Assembly (NCBI GenBank): GCA_035948775.1
Contig: DASZIV010000114.1
Location: 130,263 to 194,262 of the forward strand
DNA length: 64,000 nt
Source of the DNA: Bryobacteraceae bacterium
GTDB lineage: Bacteria > Acidobacteriota > Terriglobia > Bryobacterales > Bryobacteraceae
Direction of reading: 5' to 3'
Shown here: positions 37,728-47,131 of the stretch, piece after piece
How the letters are laid out: each line of letters starts with the position of its first letter
Numbering within the stretch: position 1 is the stretch's first letter
Made by a program: the position numbers and the translations under genes
Notes under the pieces: model-generated
The model's database searches: none
Told to the model about the DNA's origin: nothing
The model's input: only the letters and a program-made list of their open reading frames with translations

Positions 37728-39128
37728 TTAGACGTTCGAAACCACAGGAAGTTTGGCGGCATCCCAGGCGGCGAGGCCGCCGGCCATCTCGATCAGATTG
37801 GTGATCCCGTATTGGTGCAGGATGCTGGCGCCAACGGACGAGCGGTAGCCGCCCGCGCAATGAATAGCAATCCGGCGGTTGCGAGGGACTTCGGCGATGC
37901 GCTCCTTCAAATGGTTGAGCGGAATGTTCACGCTGCCGTCAATATGCTTGGTCGCCCACTCGCGCGGATTGCGTATATCCAGCAACAGAGGCGGATCCGC
38001 TCCCGCCAACTCCTCTGCCACCATTGGAGCGGTTACGCGTTCGGTCGGCCACACCAGGTCCGGCCGGTCGGCAAGTGCTGCCATGCCTGCCTGGAGAAAT
38101 CCTTTGACATGATCGAAACCAATCCGGCCCAGCCGTAAGGCAGCCTCCTGCTCACGTCCGGGTTCGGCGACGATCACGATAGGCTTGGCGCGGTCGAGCA
38201 CCGTGCCCGCCCAGGTAGCATATTGCCCGCCGAGTCCAATGTTGATGCTGCCGGCCAGATGGCCCTTGGCGTATTCGGCGGCGTCCCGCACATCGAGGAC
38301 TTGAGCGCCCGCGTCTCCCATGCGCAGGACCTCGTCGAGATCGATGGGATGGAGCGTTTGTTCCAGACTCTTGTCTAGCGTGGCGTGCTCCCGGGTGTTG
38401 AGGATGGCGTCATAGGTGAAGTACGGTGGAGCGTCGGGTTGGTCGGCCGTGACCAGACGAATGAATTCCTCTTTCGTCATGGGCTGAAGGGCGTAATTCA
38501 TGCGTCGCTGATCGCCCAGGGAAGACACCGTATCGGAAGAAAGTTGCTTCCCACAGAGCGAGCCGGCGCCGTGCGCGGGATAGACGAGCGTCTCGTCGGC
38601 CAGTGGCAAAAGACGGTAATGTAGCGAATCGTAGAGGTGGGCGCCCAGGTCGTTGGCTGTCCACCCGAGCGAAGCCCGCAGGTCGGGGCGGCCGACGTCA
38701 CCGATGAAGAGGGTATCGCCGGTGAGGACGGCGTAGGGCTTGGCGGGGTCTTTCCGGAGATCAAATACCAGGATTGAGATGGACTCAATGGTGTGGCCGG
38801 GGGTTTCGAGGACTTGTAGACGCAGTCCTGGGAAATCGAGCGTATCGCCGTTCTTCATCGCCGCGAAGATGTATTCCGCCTTGGCTTGCGAACCAAGGTG
38901 GATAGTCGCGCCGCAACGGTCGCGCAGTTCCAGATGGCCGGCGACGAAATCGGCGTGAAAGTGGGTAAGGAAGACGTGGCGGATTTCGAGGCCGAACGTC
39001 TTGGCGTCGGCCAGGTACTGCTGGATATCTCGCTGGGGATCGACGATGATGGCGGTCGAACTGGCCTCGTCCCCGAGCAGATAGGAGGCGTGGGCCAGGC
39101 AGCCGAGGTAGTACTGTTTCAGAATCAT
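37728..39128 (-). CDS. MBL-fold hydrolase / tandem rhodanese fusion (persulfide dioxygenase-sulfurtransferase-like)
   Basis: 'THFHADFVAGH' (HxHxDH), 'TPGHT', and two rhodanese-like domains, the last with the active-site loop 'HCAGGYRSS'. Confidence 0.8.
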   Translation of the reverse strand: MILKQYYLGCLAHASYLLGDEASSTAIIVDPQRDIQQYLADAKTFGLEIRHVFLTHFHADFVAGHLELRDRCGATIHLGSQAKAEYIFAAMKNGDTLDFPGLRLQVLETPGHTIESISILVFDLRKDPAKPYAVLTGDTLFIGDVGRPDLRASLGWTANDLGAHLYDSLHYRLLPLADETLVYPAHGAGSLCGKQLSSDTVSSLGDQRRMNYALQPMTKEEFIRLVTADQPDAPPYFTYDAILNTREHATLDKSLEQTLHPIDLDEVLRMGDAGAQVLDVRDAAEYAKGHLAGSINIGLGGQYATWAGTVLDRAKPIVIVAEPGREQEAALRLGRIGFDHVKGFLQAGMAALADRPDLVWPTERVTAPMVAEELAGADPPLLLDIRNPREWATKHIDGSVNIPLNHLKERIAEVPRNRRIAIHCAGGYRSSVGASILHQYGITNLIEMAGGLAAWDAAKLPVVSNV

Positions 39129-39173
39129 CGAAACCTCTGCAGTTTATCGCAGAGTGCACAAAATGGCGCATCT

Positions 39174-39274
39174 GTGGGGCCGGCTTCAGCCTGCAGGGGG
39201 CTTTAGCCCCCCGGGGTTGTGCGTAGCTAGAGGCAGCGGGACTGAAGTCCCGCGCAGGTTGAAACCTGCCCCAC
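39174..39274 (+). repeat. REP-like four-hairpin repeat, copy A
   Basis: gtggggc-[gccggcTTCAgcctgc]-a-[ggggcTTTAgcccc]-spacer-[gcgggacTGAAgtcccgc]-[gcaggtTGAAacctgc]-cccac. Homologous to copies at 60236, 61833 and 63301. Confidence 0.85.
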
Positions 39275-39278
39275 AAGC

Positions 39279-40019
39279 TTACGCCGAAGCTTGGGCGGTG
39301 AGTTTCGAGAACGCGCGGTCGACCCATTCCGAGGGCAGTTCCTGCACCGCCCGCCGCATCCGGTCCTGCCACCAGTTCGAGATCTGGCTCAAATCGTTGC
39401 GTTCATAGCGGTGCTCGATCATCTCGAACGAGCCGGCCTGGTACAGCAAAACGTCGATCGGGAAATCGACATCGGCTGCACACAAGCGCGTGGCATCAAA
39501 CGCAAGAATGCCCACCTTGAAGGCGTACGACATGCTGTCCGCACGCGTAACCGAACGCTCCAGAATAGGCTTGCCGAATCCCGAAGCGCCGATGATCTGG
39601 TAGGGCGTGTCCGGCCCCACCTCCACCCAATTGCCTTCTGGATAGACCAGGAACAAGCGGTGCGTAGAGTCATCGGACATCTGTCCGCCGATCAGCGAAT
39701 AGATATTGAACTTCAGGTAGGAGTTCTCCAGCGCGGCCCGCTCGTGCTCGGCCATGATGCGCACCTGGCGCGCGAACAAATCCGCAACCTTCGAAAGCCG
39801 GTCGCGGCACTCGGTGGCGCGAACAAAGGCCTCCTCGAAATTCAGCAGAACCTTGTCCCGCAGCGAGCGCAGGCCGGAGTTCATCACGAAAAACGAGAAT
39901 CCAGGGCCTTGGTAGGTGGCCGTTTTGCGCCCCACCAGGCTCTCGTTGCCGGATAGCAGGCGCGTATCCGCGATTCCGACCAGACCCTGGTCAACCGTAA
40001 TTCCCAAACAGAAAGTCAT
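39279..40019 (-). CDS. Anbu-type proteasome-like Ntn peptidase (COG3484-like)
   Basis: N-terminus 'MTFCLGI' (Thr2 as the candidate nucleophile) and a proteasome beta-subunit-like length. It lies directly downstream of the alpha-E and circularly permuted ATP-grasp genes. Confidence 0.7.
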   Translation of the reverse strand: MTFCLGITVDQGLVGIADTRLLSGNESLVGRKTATYQGPGFSFFVMNSGLRSLRDKVLLNFEEAFVRATECRDRLSKVADLFARQVRIMAEHERAALENSYLKFNIYSLIGGQMSDDSTHRLFLVYPEGNWVEVGPDTPYQIIGASGFGKPILERSVTRADSMSYAFKVGILAFDATRLCAADVDFPIDVLLYQAGSFEMIEHRYERNDLSQISNWWQDRMRRAVQELPSEWVDRAFSKLTAQASA

Positions 40020-40035
40020 CGGCCTCCCCGCATCC

Positions 40036-41067
40036 TCATACTGTGCCCTGAGACTGAGACTGTGTTTGTCCCTGCCCCTGTGTCTGTGTTTCGGTGGCTA
40101 CCGTCCACTGCGCGAAGAAATCGCCGAGAACGCATTCATCAATTTTATTCATTTTGACCTGCAAGCCGTCGAGAAACTCGTGCAGACCCGCCGCCACCGT
40201 GGCATCGACCCGGCCGTAATCCAGATCGGATTTGAGCCTGCCCAAACGCTGTTCGGAGGCGCAGGAAAATGTGCCTGAGGGCGTTCCGGTGATGGCGTGC
40301 AGGGAGCGGTCGGCGCGGCTGATGGAATAGCGCACCGCGCGCGGAAACTCGTTGTCGAAGACCAGAAATTCCACCAGCCGGGTGGGCGAAATGCGGCCGT
40401 GCTTTTTGCGGTACATTTCGAATCCGCTGACGGAGCGCAGCACCGCCGACCATTGGATCTCATCGTAGGGCGTGCCGACATCGCTCAGCGACGGCAGCAG
40501 AATGAAATATTTCACGTCGAGCAGGCGCGTGGTTTTATCGGCGCGCTCGAGCGTGCGGCCCAGCCCGATGAAATGCCACGCTTCGTTGTGCGTCATGGTG
40601 GAATCCGTCACGCCTTGAAACTGGTCGCAGGCCATGCGCACTTCGTGGAAATAGTTGGGCAGCCCGTCGGCCGTGCGCGTGTCGGCTTCGCGCACCAGCA
40701 GGTAAAGCGCATTCACCTGTTCCCACATCTCCGAGGAGATAATCTCGCGCACCGAACGCGCATTCTCGCGCGCCGCCCGGATACAGGAAAAGATGGAATT
40801 AAGGTTCTTCGGATCGGAGGCCAGAAACTGGATGACCGTCTCCTGGGTGGCCGCGCCAAAACGTTCTTTGAAAATGCGCGCGTCGCCGCTGGTGTCCACG
40901 ATCGGCTGCCACTGCTTCTCCTCGGACGGGAGGTCGAGCATCAGGTGCAGATTGACTCCCACAAAGCGGGCTACGTTCTCGGCACGCTCGATATAGCGCG
41001 CCATCCAGTAAAGGGCTTCCGCCACGCGGCTGAGAAGCGGCTTGGTCGCGGTCATGCCAGGACCCAT
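40036..41067 (-). CDS. alpha-E domain protein (COG2307-like)
   Basis: '[25 protein letters not shown]' is the canonical alpha-E N-terminus. Overlaps the ATP-grasp gene by 16 nt. C-terminal TQ/GQ/SQ tail. Confidence 0.8.
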   Translation of the reverse strand: MGPGMTATKPLLSRVAEALYWMARYIERAENVARFVGVNLHLMLDLPSEEKQWQPIVDTSGDARIFKERFGAATQETVIQFLASDPKNLNSIFSCIRAARENARSVREIISSEMWEQVNALYLLVREADTRTADGLPNYFHEVRMACDQFQGVTDSTMTHNEAWHFIGLGRTLERADKTTRLLDVKYFILLPSLSDVGTPYDEIQWSAVLRSVSGFEMYRKKHGRISPTRLVEFLVFDNEFPRAVRYSISRADRSLHAITGTPSGTFSCASEQRLGRLKSDLDYGRVDATVAAGLHEFLDGLQVKMNKIDECVLGDFFAQWTVATETQTQGQGQTQSQSQGTV

Positions 41068-42518
41068 GTATCTTTGCTCCCGCCGCCCTGGGAAGAGTTC
41101 ACCACCAGTGAGCCCTTGCGCAGGGCTACGCGCGTGAGGCCGCCGGGCAGCACGTAAATTTCCTTACCGTAGAGCACGTATGGCCGCAGATCGACATGGC
41201 GGCCTTCGAAGTGGTCTTCCACAATGGTGGGGACGCGCGAGAGGCCGAGGGTCGGCTGCGCGATGTAGTTGCGCGGGTTGGCACTGATTTTAGCGGCGAA
41301 CTCTTCGCGCTGCGCTTCGGTCGAGTGCGGACCGACGAGCATGCCGTAGCCGCCAGCCTCATTCGCGGACTTCACCACCAGACTGTGCAGATTGGCCAGA
41401 ACGTGCTGCCGGTCTTGCTCACGCCAACACAGATACGTAGGAACGTTGGGAAGAATGGGCTCTTCCCCTTCGTAGTAGCGGATCATTTCGGGCACATAGG
41501 CGTAGATCACCTTGTCGTCGGCCACGCCATTACCGGGCGCGTTGGCCAAAGCTACGCGGCCGGCCTTGTATGCCGCCATCAGCCCCGGGACGCCCAGCAG
41601 GGAGTCTGCGCGGAAGGCTTCGGGGTCGAGAAAATCGTCGTCGATGCGGCGGTAGATGACGTCCACACGCTCCAGACCTTTGGTGGTGCGCATAAAGACG
41701 CCATCGCCATTTACGTTAAGGTCGCGGCCTTCCACCAGCTGCACGCCCATCTGCTGCGCCAGAAAGCTGTGCTCGAAGTAGGCCGAATTGTAGATACCGG
41801 GAGTCAGCAATACCACGCGCGGCGCATCCACGTTCCGCGGCGCGATGGATTCCAGCATCTCCAGCAGGCGGCTCGGATACTCGTTGACCGGGCGCACCGC
41901 CAGGCCTTCGAATACCTTCGGGAAGATACGCTTCAACACCTCGCGGTTTTCGAGAACGTAGGAGACGCCCGAGGGAACGCGCAGGTTGTCTTCCAGCACG
42001 TAATACTGTCCGTCGCGATCGCGCACCAGGTCCGTACCGGTGATGTGGCACCACACGCGGCGCGGCGGGTCCAGACCCTGGCACTGCGGCCGGAAGGAGG
42101 CGGCCGAGAGGATCACCTCGCGCGGGATCACGCAGTCTTTCAGGATCTTCTGCTCATGGTAAATATCGTCTATAAACTCATTCAGCGCGTGGATGCGCTG
42201 GCACAGCCCCCGCTCGAGGCGTTCCCACTCGGCGGCCGGAAGAATGCGCGGCACAAGGTCGAAAGGAAAGATCTTCTCCGTGCCGGCCTCATCCCCGTAC
42301 ACATTGAAGGTGATCCCCATCTGCAGCAGAAGCCGGTCGACGGAGTGCTGGTAGCGCAGCAACTGACCTTCGGAAAGGCTTTCGATTGTGTCGATCAGCA
42401 ACTGGGCGCACGCCCGCGGACGGCCCCCGGACTCGAAGAGCTCATCGTAAAATTCGCCCGTTTGGTAGGAGGTAAAACGCACGCAGACCTCTCCTGAGGC
42501 TGATCTAAAAATTGTCAA
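41052..42518 (-). CDS. circularly permuted type-2 ATP-grasp protein (COG2308-like)
   Basis: 488 aa, with '[32 protein letters not shown]' and '[17 protein letters not shown]', typical of this family. Confidence 0.8.
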   Translation of the reverse strand: MTIFRSASGEVCVRFTSYQTGEFYDELFESGGRPRACAQLLIDTIESLSEGQLLRYQHSVDRLLLQMGITFNVYGDEAGTEKIFPFDLVPRILPAAEWERLERGLCQRIHALNEFIDDIYHEQKILKDCVIPREVILSAASFRPQCQGLDPPRRVWCHITGTDLVRDRDGQYYVLEDNLRVPSGVSYVLENREVLKRIFPKVFEGLAVRPVNEYPSRLLEMLESIAPRNVDAPRVVLLTPGIYNSAYFEHSFLAQQMGVQLVEGRDLNVNGDGVFMRTTKGLERVDVIYRRIDDDFLDPEAFRADSLLGVPGLMAAYKAGRVALANAPGNGVADDKVIYAYVPEMIRYYEGEEPILPNVPTYLCWREQDRQHVLANLHSLVVKSANEAGGYGMLVGPHSTEAQREEFAAKISANPRNYIAQPTLGLSRVPTIVEDHFEGRHVDLRPYVLYGKEIYVLPGGLTRVALRKGSLVVNSSQGGGSKDTWVLA

Positions 42519-42563
42519 ACAGGCGCAGGATGGCTTGCAAACAAAAAGAATTTATCGGTGCGA

Positions 42564-43568
42564 TCACGGCTTCACGCCAACCAGTTGGGCCGCGCCGGGG
42601 ACCGAGCGCAGCCAGACCGGACGCCGCACGGCCAGCTTCGCCTGGCGCAGCCACGCCTGGATTTCCTCCACGGTCCAGGTGCCGGAAGTGCTGGTCAGCG
42701 CGAAGAACAGGTTCAGGACTTGGGCGGCCTGATCGCCGCTGTTGGGCGACCGCGGGCGGATCAGATCCTGGATCACCAGCAGGCCCCCCGGAACCAGTGC
42801 CCGCACCGCTCGCGCCACCAGGTCCCGATTCTGGCGGCCGCTAAAGTGATGTACCAGGTTGGAGATCAGAATGAGGTCGTAGGCATGCTCGCCCAAGTCA
42901 TCGACCAGCGCATCTCCGGCGCGGTGCTGGATCCGATCGCCCATCGCTTCACCGGCCAGGATCGGCGCGGCATGTTCGATGGCTTCGGGAAGGTCGAGAA
43001 TGGTGGCGCTCAATTGCGCGTGCTTGCGGCACAGCGCGACGGCATAAAAGCCATGGGACCCGCCAATATCGAGCATGCGCCGCGCTGTGGAAGGCAGCGG
43101 CAACCGTTTGACGACTTCCGCGGCACTGAGCGCGGCCAAGGAGCGCATAGCTCGCTGATAGCGCGACCAAGCCTCATCGGACTGGCCGCGGTGAATATCG
43201 AGCGCCGCGCCGCTGCGCAGGAACCGCTCCAGCCCGGACAGCATTTCCCACACATCGCGCACGTGCGGCATATAGTCGAACAGGGACCAGGTTTCCTGCT
43301 GCGCGAGCCATTTGCGCGACTTGGAGGTCAGCTCGAAACGTTCGCGGCGATGTCTTGAGTAGTCGCAGGACACCAGCGCTCCCATCAGCGCCTCGGTTGC
43401 CCGCAGATGCAACTGGCAGCGCTTCGCAATTTCCAGACAGGTGCACGGGCGATCGCACAAACACGAGAACACGCCCAACTCGGTGGCCGCCATAATCGCC
43501 CGGGCTGAGATCAACGCCATCTGAGTTTCGATCAATGGCACAGGCACCAGATTCAATAGAAGTGCCAT
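42564..43568 (-). CDS. class I SAM-dependent O-methyltransferase (Methyltransf_2-like)
   Basis: 'MLDIGGSHGFYAVAL', 'ILDLP', 'YDLILISNLVHHF', 'PGGLLVIQD'. The internal Met start at 43568 avoids a 90-nt overlap with the upstream gene. Confidence 0.75.
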   Translation of the reverse strand: MALLLNLVPVPLIETQMALISARAIMAATELGVFSCLCDRPCTCLEIAKRCQLHLRATEALMGALVSCDYSRHRRERFELTSKSRKWLAQQETWSLFDYMPHVRDVWEMLSGLERFLRSGAALDIHRGQSDEAWSRYQRAMRSLAALSAAEVVKRLPLPSTARRMLDIGGSHGFYAVALCRKHAQLSATILDLPEAIEHAAPILAGEAMGDRIQHRAGDALVDDLGEHAYDLILISNLVHHFSGRQNRDLVARAVRALVPGGLLVIQDLIRPRSPNSGDQAAQVLNLFFALTSTSGTWTVEEIQAWLRQAKLAVRRPVWLRSVPGAAQLVGVKP

Positions 43569-43636
43569 GCGGTCGGTGAGGGTGTCTGGTTTGATAGCGA
43601 GTTTCAAGTCTTTGGGACGCGAAAAGACGGCTGCTG

Positions 43637-44458
43637 TTAGTGCGTCATCGCATAGGTCACATAGTTTACACCCATGCGAATCGCGAAACCCGAGAATTTT
43701 TCTGGATAGCGCGGCGAATCCGCCCACTCCCAGGCATCGCCCGTATCCTGATTAATGTTGGCCACCACCATGACTCTGCCCTTATCGTCGTAAACGGCCA
43801 GCCAGTGCCCCACGGTTCCACCATTCTTGGAACCCTCGCGCAGGTGCTCCGCGCCGGGGATGACGAAACGGTCGTTGAGATCGAACACGGTGTGAAAGAT
43901 GGGGTCGTCGTTGGCAATCTCCACGATTTGCCGGTCCGGAAACGCGAAATGGATGCGTCGTTCGAACTCGGCGCGCTCTTCGACGCCGTGGATATCGTCA
44001 GCAAAGAAAAAGCCGCCGCGCAGCAGATGCTCGCGCAGCAGACGGGCTTCGTCCTGGGTCAACCCCCATTCCCCCGCCTGAACCGCATAGAGCCAGGGAA
44101 AATCGTAGGCATCGCCATCTTCCAGCAGGACGGGCTGTTCTGCGGAACGGACATGGATACGGCTCAAGCGGCGCAGCGCCTGGGCGAAGTGACGGTCGGC
44201 GCGGGGATAGTCCTGGGTCCAGAGCGAAAGGCCTTGCCGGAAATCGCCATCGAAGCGGCCGCGGTAGCCATCTAGCGGACCGCCGGGGAACATCAGGCGG
44301 CCAAAAACCCACTCCGTCTTTTCGTTGTAATCGGCCGGCAGCGGGAAATCATTGTACTCAACCGCGGGAAATTCCCGGAAAGGATGCTGGAAGGCGTAAA
44401 CGCCGCCGAGAAACGCCAAACCGCAACCGAGTAACGATAGTGCCCGCCGGAGGCGCAT
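43637..44458 (-). CDS. DUF4159-like protein (signal/anchor N-terminus)
   Basis: 'WTQDYPRADRHFAQALRRLSRIHV', 'PWLYAVQAGEWGLTQDEARLLREHLLRGGFFFADD', 'HWLAVYDDKGRVMVVANINQDTGDAWEW'. Confidence 0.6.
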   Translation of the reverse strand: MRLRRALSLLGCGLAFLGGVYAFQHPFREFPAVEYNDFPLPADYNEKTEWVFGRLMFPGGPLDGYRGRFDGDFRQGLSLWTQDYPRADRHFAQALRRLSRIHVRSAEQPVLLEDGDAYDFPWLYAVQAGEWGLTQDEARLLREHLLRGGFFFADDIHGVEERAEFERRIHFAFPDRQIVEIANDDPIFHTVFDLNDRFVIPGAEHLREGSKNGGTVGHWLAVYDDKGRVMVVANINQDTGDAWEWADSPRYPEKFSGFAIRMGVNYVTYAMTH

Positions 44459-44520
44459 ACATCCCTTTCTCCTGAGAATAGCACCGCCACTCTTATGGAA
44501 CACGCGCGATAATCGGGCGC

Positions 44521-44916
44521 ATGGCCACACTTGGACTGATTGAATACCGCGACGCAGGGCCCGAGGTGCGGGCGGTCTACGACGACATCATGGCCACTCG
44601 CCAGACCGACTATATCAACAACTTCTGGAAAGCGCTGGCGCACGATCCGATAACCCTGCGACGCACCTGGCAAAGCGTGAAAGAAATCATGGCCCCTGGC
44701 GCGCTCGACGCGGTTACCAAGGAGATGATCTATCTGGCGGTGAGCGCCACCAATCAGTGCGGCTATTGCATCGCCTCGCATACGGCCGCCGCGCGGAAGG
44801 CGGGCATGACCGACCGGATGCTCGCCGAGTTGATGGCAGTGGTCGGCATGGCGAACGAAACCAATCGTCTGGCGAGCGGCTACCAGGTGGAGATCGATGA
44901 GCGGTTCCGAAGCTAG
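44521..44916 (+). CDS. carboxymuconolactone decarboxylase (AhpD-like) family protein
   Basis: 'AVSATNQCGYCIASH', the CxxC-His motif of the AhpD/CMD fold. Confidence 0.8.
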   Translation: MATLGLIEYRDAGPEVRAVYDDIMATRQTDYINNFWKALAHDPITLRRTWQSVKEIMAPGALDAVTKEMIYLAVSATNQCGYCIASHTAAARKAGMTDRMLAELMAVVGMANETNRLASGYQVEIDERFRS

Positions 44917-44953
44917 CCGGCACTCGTGTCCGCTAGACGCGCCCTCACCCGAA

Positions 44954-45415
44954 TCATAACGTCAGCCGCAGGTACACCGCGCCAGGCGTAGGCGAGCCGG
45001 AGTACGCTTCGATCCGCTCGAATCCCATTCGATCATACATTTCCAATGCCGTAGTCATTACGGGCATCGTATCTCCCACCAATTCGCGATACCCCGCCTG
45101 GCGGGCCTCGGCAATCACCCAATCCATGAGTGAGCGGCCGATCCCGTGGCTGCGGAACCCCGGGCGTACGTAGAGACGCTTGGCCTCCGCGCAGAACTCA
45201 TCGAAGCGCCGCAGCGCGATGCAACCGGCAAACGCGTCATCCACCATCGCCAGTCCCAACCTGCCGTCCGGCGGTGCATAAGCGCCGGGAAGATGCACGA
45301 CTTCTTCACCGAAGTTTTGGAAGCAAGGAGTAAAGCCGAAGGAGTTCCAATACTCTTCGAACAGGCGCCGGACTTCCTCGATTTGGTCTCGCGTCTCCAC
45401 CGCGAGAATGCGCAT
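44954..45415 (-). CDS. GNAT family N-acetyltransferase
   Basis: 'RLYVRPGFRSHGIGRSLM' acetyl-CoA-binding motif A. Confidence 0.8.
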   Translation of the reverse strand: MRILAVETRDQIEEVRRLFEEYWNSFGFTPCFQNFGEEVVHLPGAYAPPDGRLGLAMVDDAFAGCIALRRFDEFCAEAKRLYVRPGFRSHGIGRSLMDWVIAEARQAGYRELVGDTMPVMTTALEMYDRMGFERIEAYSGSPTPGAVYLRLTL

Positions 45416-45417
45416 GC

Positions 45418-46485
45418 CTAATTTTGACCGATGTCGGCAGTGGCCAGCACTTCCGGGACCGCGAGGCCGATCGGCCGCCCCGCGGGCTTCCCGCTAAACC
45501 ACTGGACCAAATCCTGGTCGGAAACAGTTCGGCGGCGCATGATGAGCCGCCGCTGCTTGAGCGAGCGCCGCAAGCACCGAGCCAGCTGCCAGAACGCGCG
45601 GAGCGACTTCGGTTCCGTCACAAAGCAGCCCCCGATCACGATCATGTCCCGCAGCGTCATCGGCAGCCAGTGACGCCGCCACAACCCCGGCGTCAGATTC
45701 TTGATGCGGAGCAGGAAGCGATTCTTCACCGAGTGCATGTTGATCGCCGCGGGAATCGATCTGCGGTTCTGGGGAGATACTGTCCGCACATGGTAGGCCA
45801 CCGCGGCTGGGGTATAGATGCATCGCCAGCCGAGCAATTGGGCGCGCCAGGCGACATCGGCATCTTCGCGATAGCTAAAGAAGTCGGGATCGAAGAAATC
45901 CCCGTTCAGGGAAATGTCCTCGATCATGGCGCGCCGATAAAGGGCCGCCGCGCCGGTAGCTCCGAATACATACTCCGTCTCTTGGTAGCGGCCTTCGTCG
46001 CGTTCGTGCCAGCCGCGATCGAAATGGCGCATGGCCGGCGTGACATAGATGCCGGTGGAATCGATCAGCGGTTCCGCGAGAGGCGCAAACCCGGGGCCGA
46101 TGGAAAGCAGTTTGCCGCAAATCGCTCCCGCGCGCGGATCCAGTTCGGCGGCTTCCAACATCCGGGCCAAAAACCCAGGCGTTATCAGCGCATCCGGGTT
46201 CAAGGCTAGTACCCAAGAGGCCGGCGACGAGCGGATTGCGCGGTTCTGCGCCGCTGCGAAACCCTCGTTTCGGTTGTTCCGGATGACGCGGATGCGATCG
46301 CGAAACTTTGCCAGTGCCTTCAATGTCGCGTCAGTGGAGGCGTTGTCCACCACCACTACATCGAGGTGCATGCCCTCTTGGCTCAGCACAGCTTCCAGAC
46401 AGCGACCGATGTACCTTTGACTGTTGTAGGTCACGACGGAAACGCATACCCGGGGTTCGGCCATGTTTTCCCTAAGACTCGGCAA
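45418..46485 (-). CDS. glycosyltransferase family 2
   Basis: 'VSVVTYNSQRYIGRCLEAVLSQ', 'VVVDNASTD', 'NEGFAAAQN', 'NPDA'. Confidence 0.85.
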   Translation of the reverse strand: MPSLRENMAEPRVCVSVVTYNSQRYIGRCLEAVLSQEGMHLDVVVVDNASTDATLKALAKFRDRIRVIRNNRNEGFAAAQNRAIRSSPASWVLALNPDALITPGFLARMLEAAELDPRAGAICGKLLSIGPGFAPLAEPLIDSTGIYVTPAMRHFDRGWHERDEGRYQETEYVFGATGAAALYRRAMIEDISLNGDFFDPDFFSYREDADVAWRAQLLGWRCIYTPAAVAYHVRTVSPQNRRSIPAAINMHSVKNRFLLRIKNLTPGLWRRHWLPMTLRDMIVIGGCFVTEPKSLRAFWQLARCLRRSLKQRRLIMRRRTVSDQDLVQWFSGKPAGRPIGLAVPEVLATADIGQN

Positions 46486-46576
46486 ATGGCGGTTCCACTA
46501 CACTAGAGGAACAAATTCACGAAATATTTTCGCTAGGTGTAGTGAAATTCACGGAAAGCCGGTCTTCGGGACAGAG

Positions 46577-47131
46577 ATGCTGCCGCTCTCAATAGGGGAA
46601 GAACTGGTGGGATCCTGGCGGAAAACGCGGGCAACCGCCAAGCTGCAGGAGCGCGTGACCCGTCTCTTCGAAGAGGCCCGCGACGACGTGTATCGTTATC
46701 TGCTTACGCTCGGGCTGCATCCACCCCAAGCGCAGGAAGCCACGCAGGAAGTTTTTCTGCGGTTGTACAGCGCGCTGCGCAAAGGGGAGGAGATTCGTAC
46801 ACCGAGAGGCTGGATCTTTCGCGTAGCCCACAACCTGGGCGTCGACATCCGCGCGCGGCAGGATGCGGAATTGCCTTACGACCCGGAGTTGGACTTTCGG
46901 CACGCCGGACAACTGGCCAATCCCGAACAGCAATTGGCAGAACGCGAGAGCACCCTACGGTTCCACCGGGCCGTGGAGGGGCTCTCGGAACAGCAACGCC
47001 GTTGCCTGTTCCTGCGCCTCGAGGGATTGCGGTACGCCGAGATCGCGGCTGCCCTGGGCATCAGCCCCTCGGCCGTAGGCGAGTTTTTGCGGCGCGCCAT
47101 CGAGCGGCTGCGGAGGGCGCGCCATGAATAG
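46577..47131 (+). CDS. ECF-type RNA polymerase sigma-70 factor
   Basis: Region 2 'DDVYRYLLTLGLHPPQAQEATQEVFLRL' and region 4 'LSEQQRRCLFLRLEGLRYAEIAAALGISPSAV'. The first ATG after the divergent GT2 gene is at 46577. Confidence 0.8.
   Translation: MLPLSIGEELVGSWRKTRATAKLQERVTRLFEEARDDVYRYLLTLGLHPPQAQEATQEVFLRLYSALRKGEEIRTPRGWIFRVAHNLGVDIRARQDAELPYDPELDFRHAGQLANPEQQLAERESTLRFHRAVEGLSEQQRRCLFLRLEGLRYAEIAAALGISPSAVGEFLRRAIERLRRARHE

Noticed and set aside
39154-39408. ORFs 38785-39372 and 39154-39408 crossing repeat copy A (products such as 'WGRLQPAGGFSPPG').
   Set aside because: The reading frames are generated by the palindromic repeat itself. The same pseudo-peptides appear wherever the repeat occurs.
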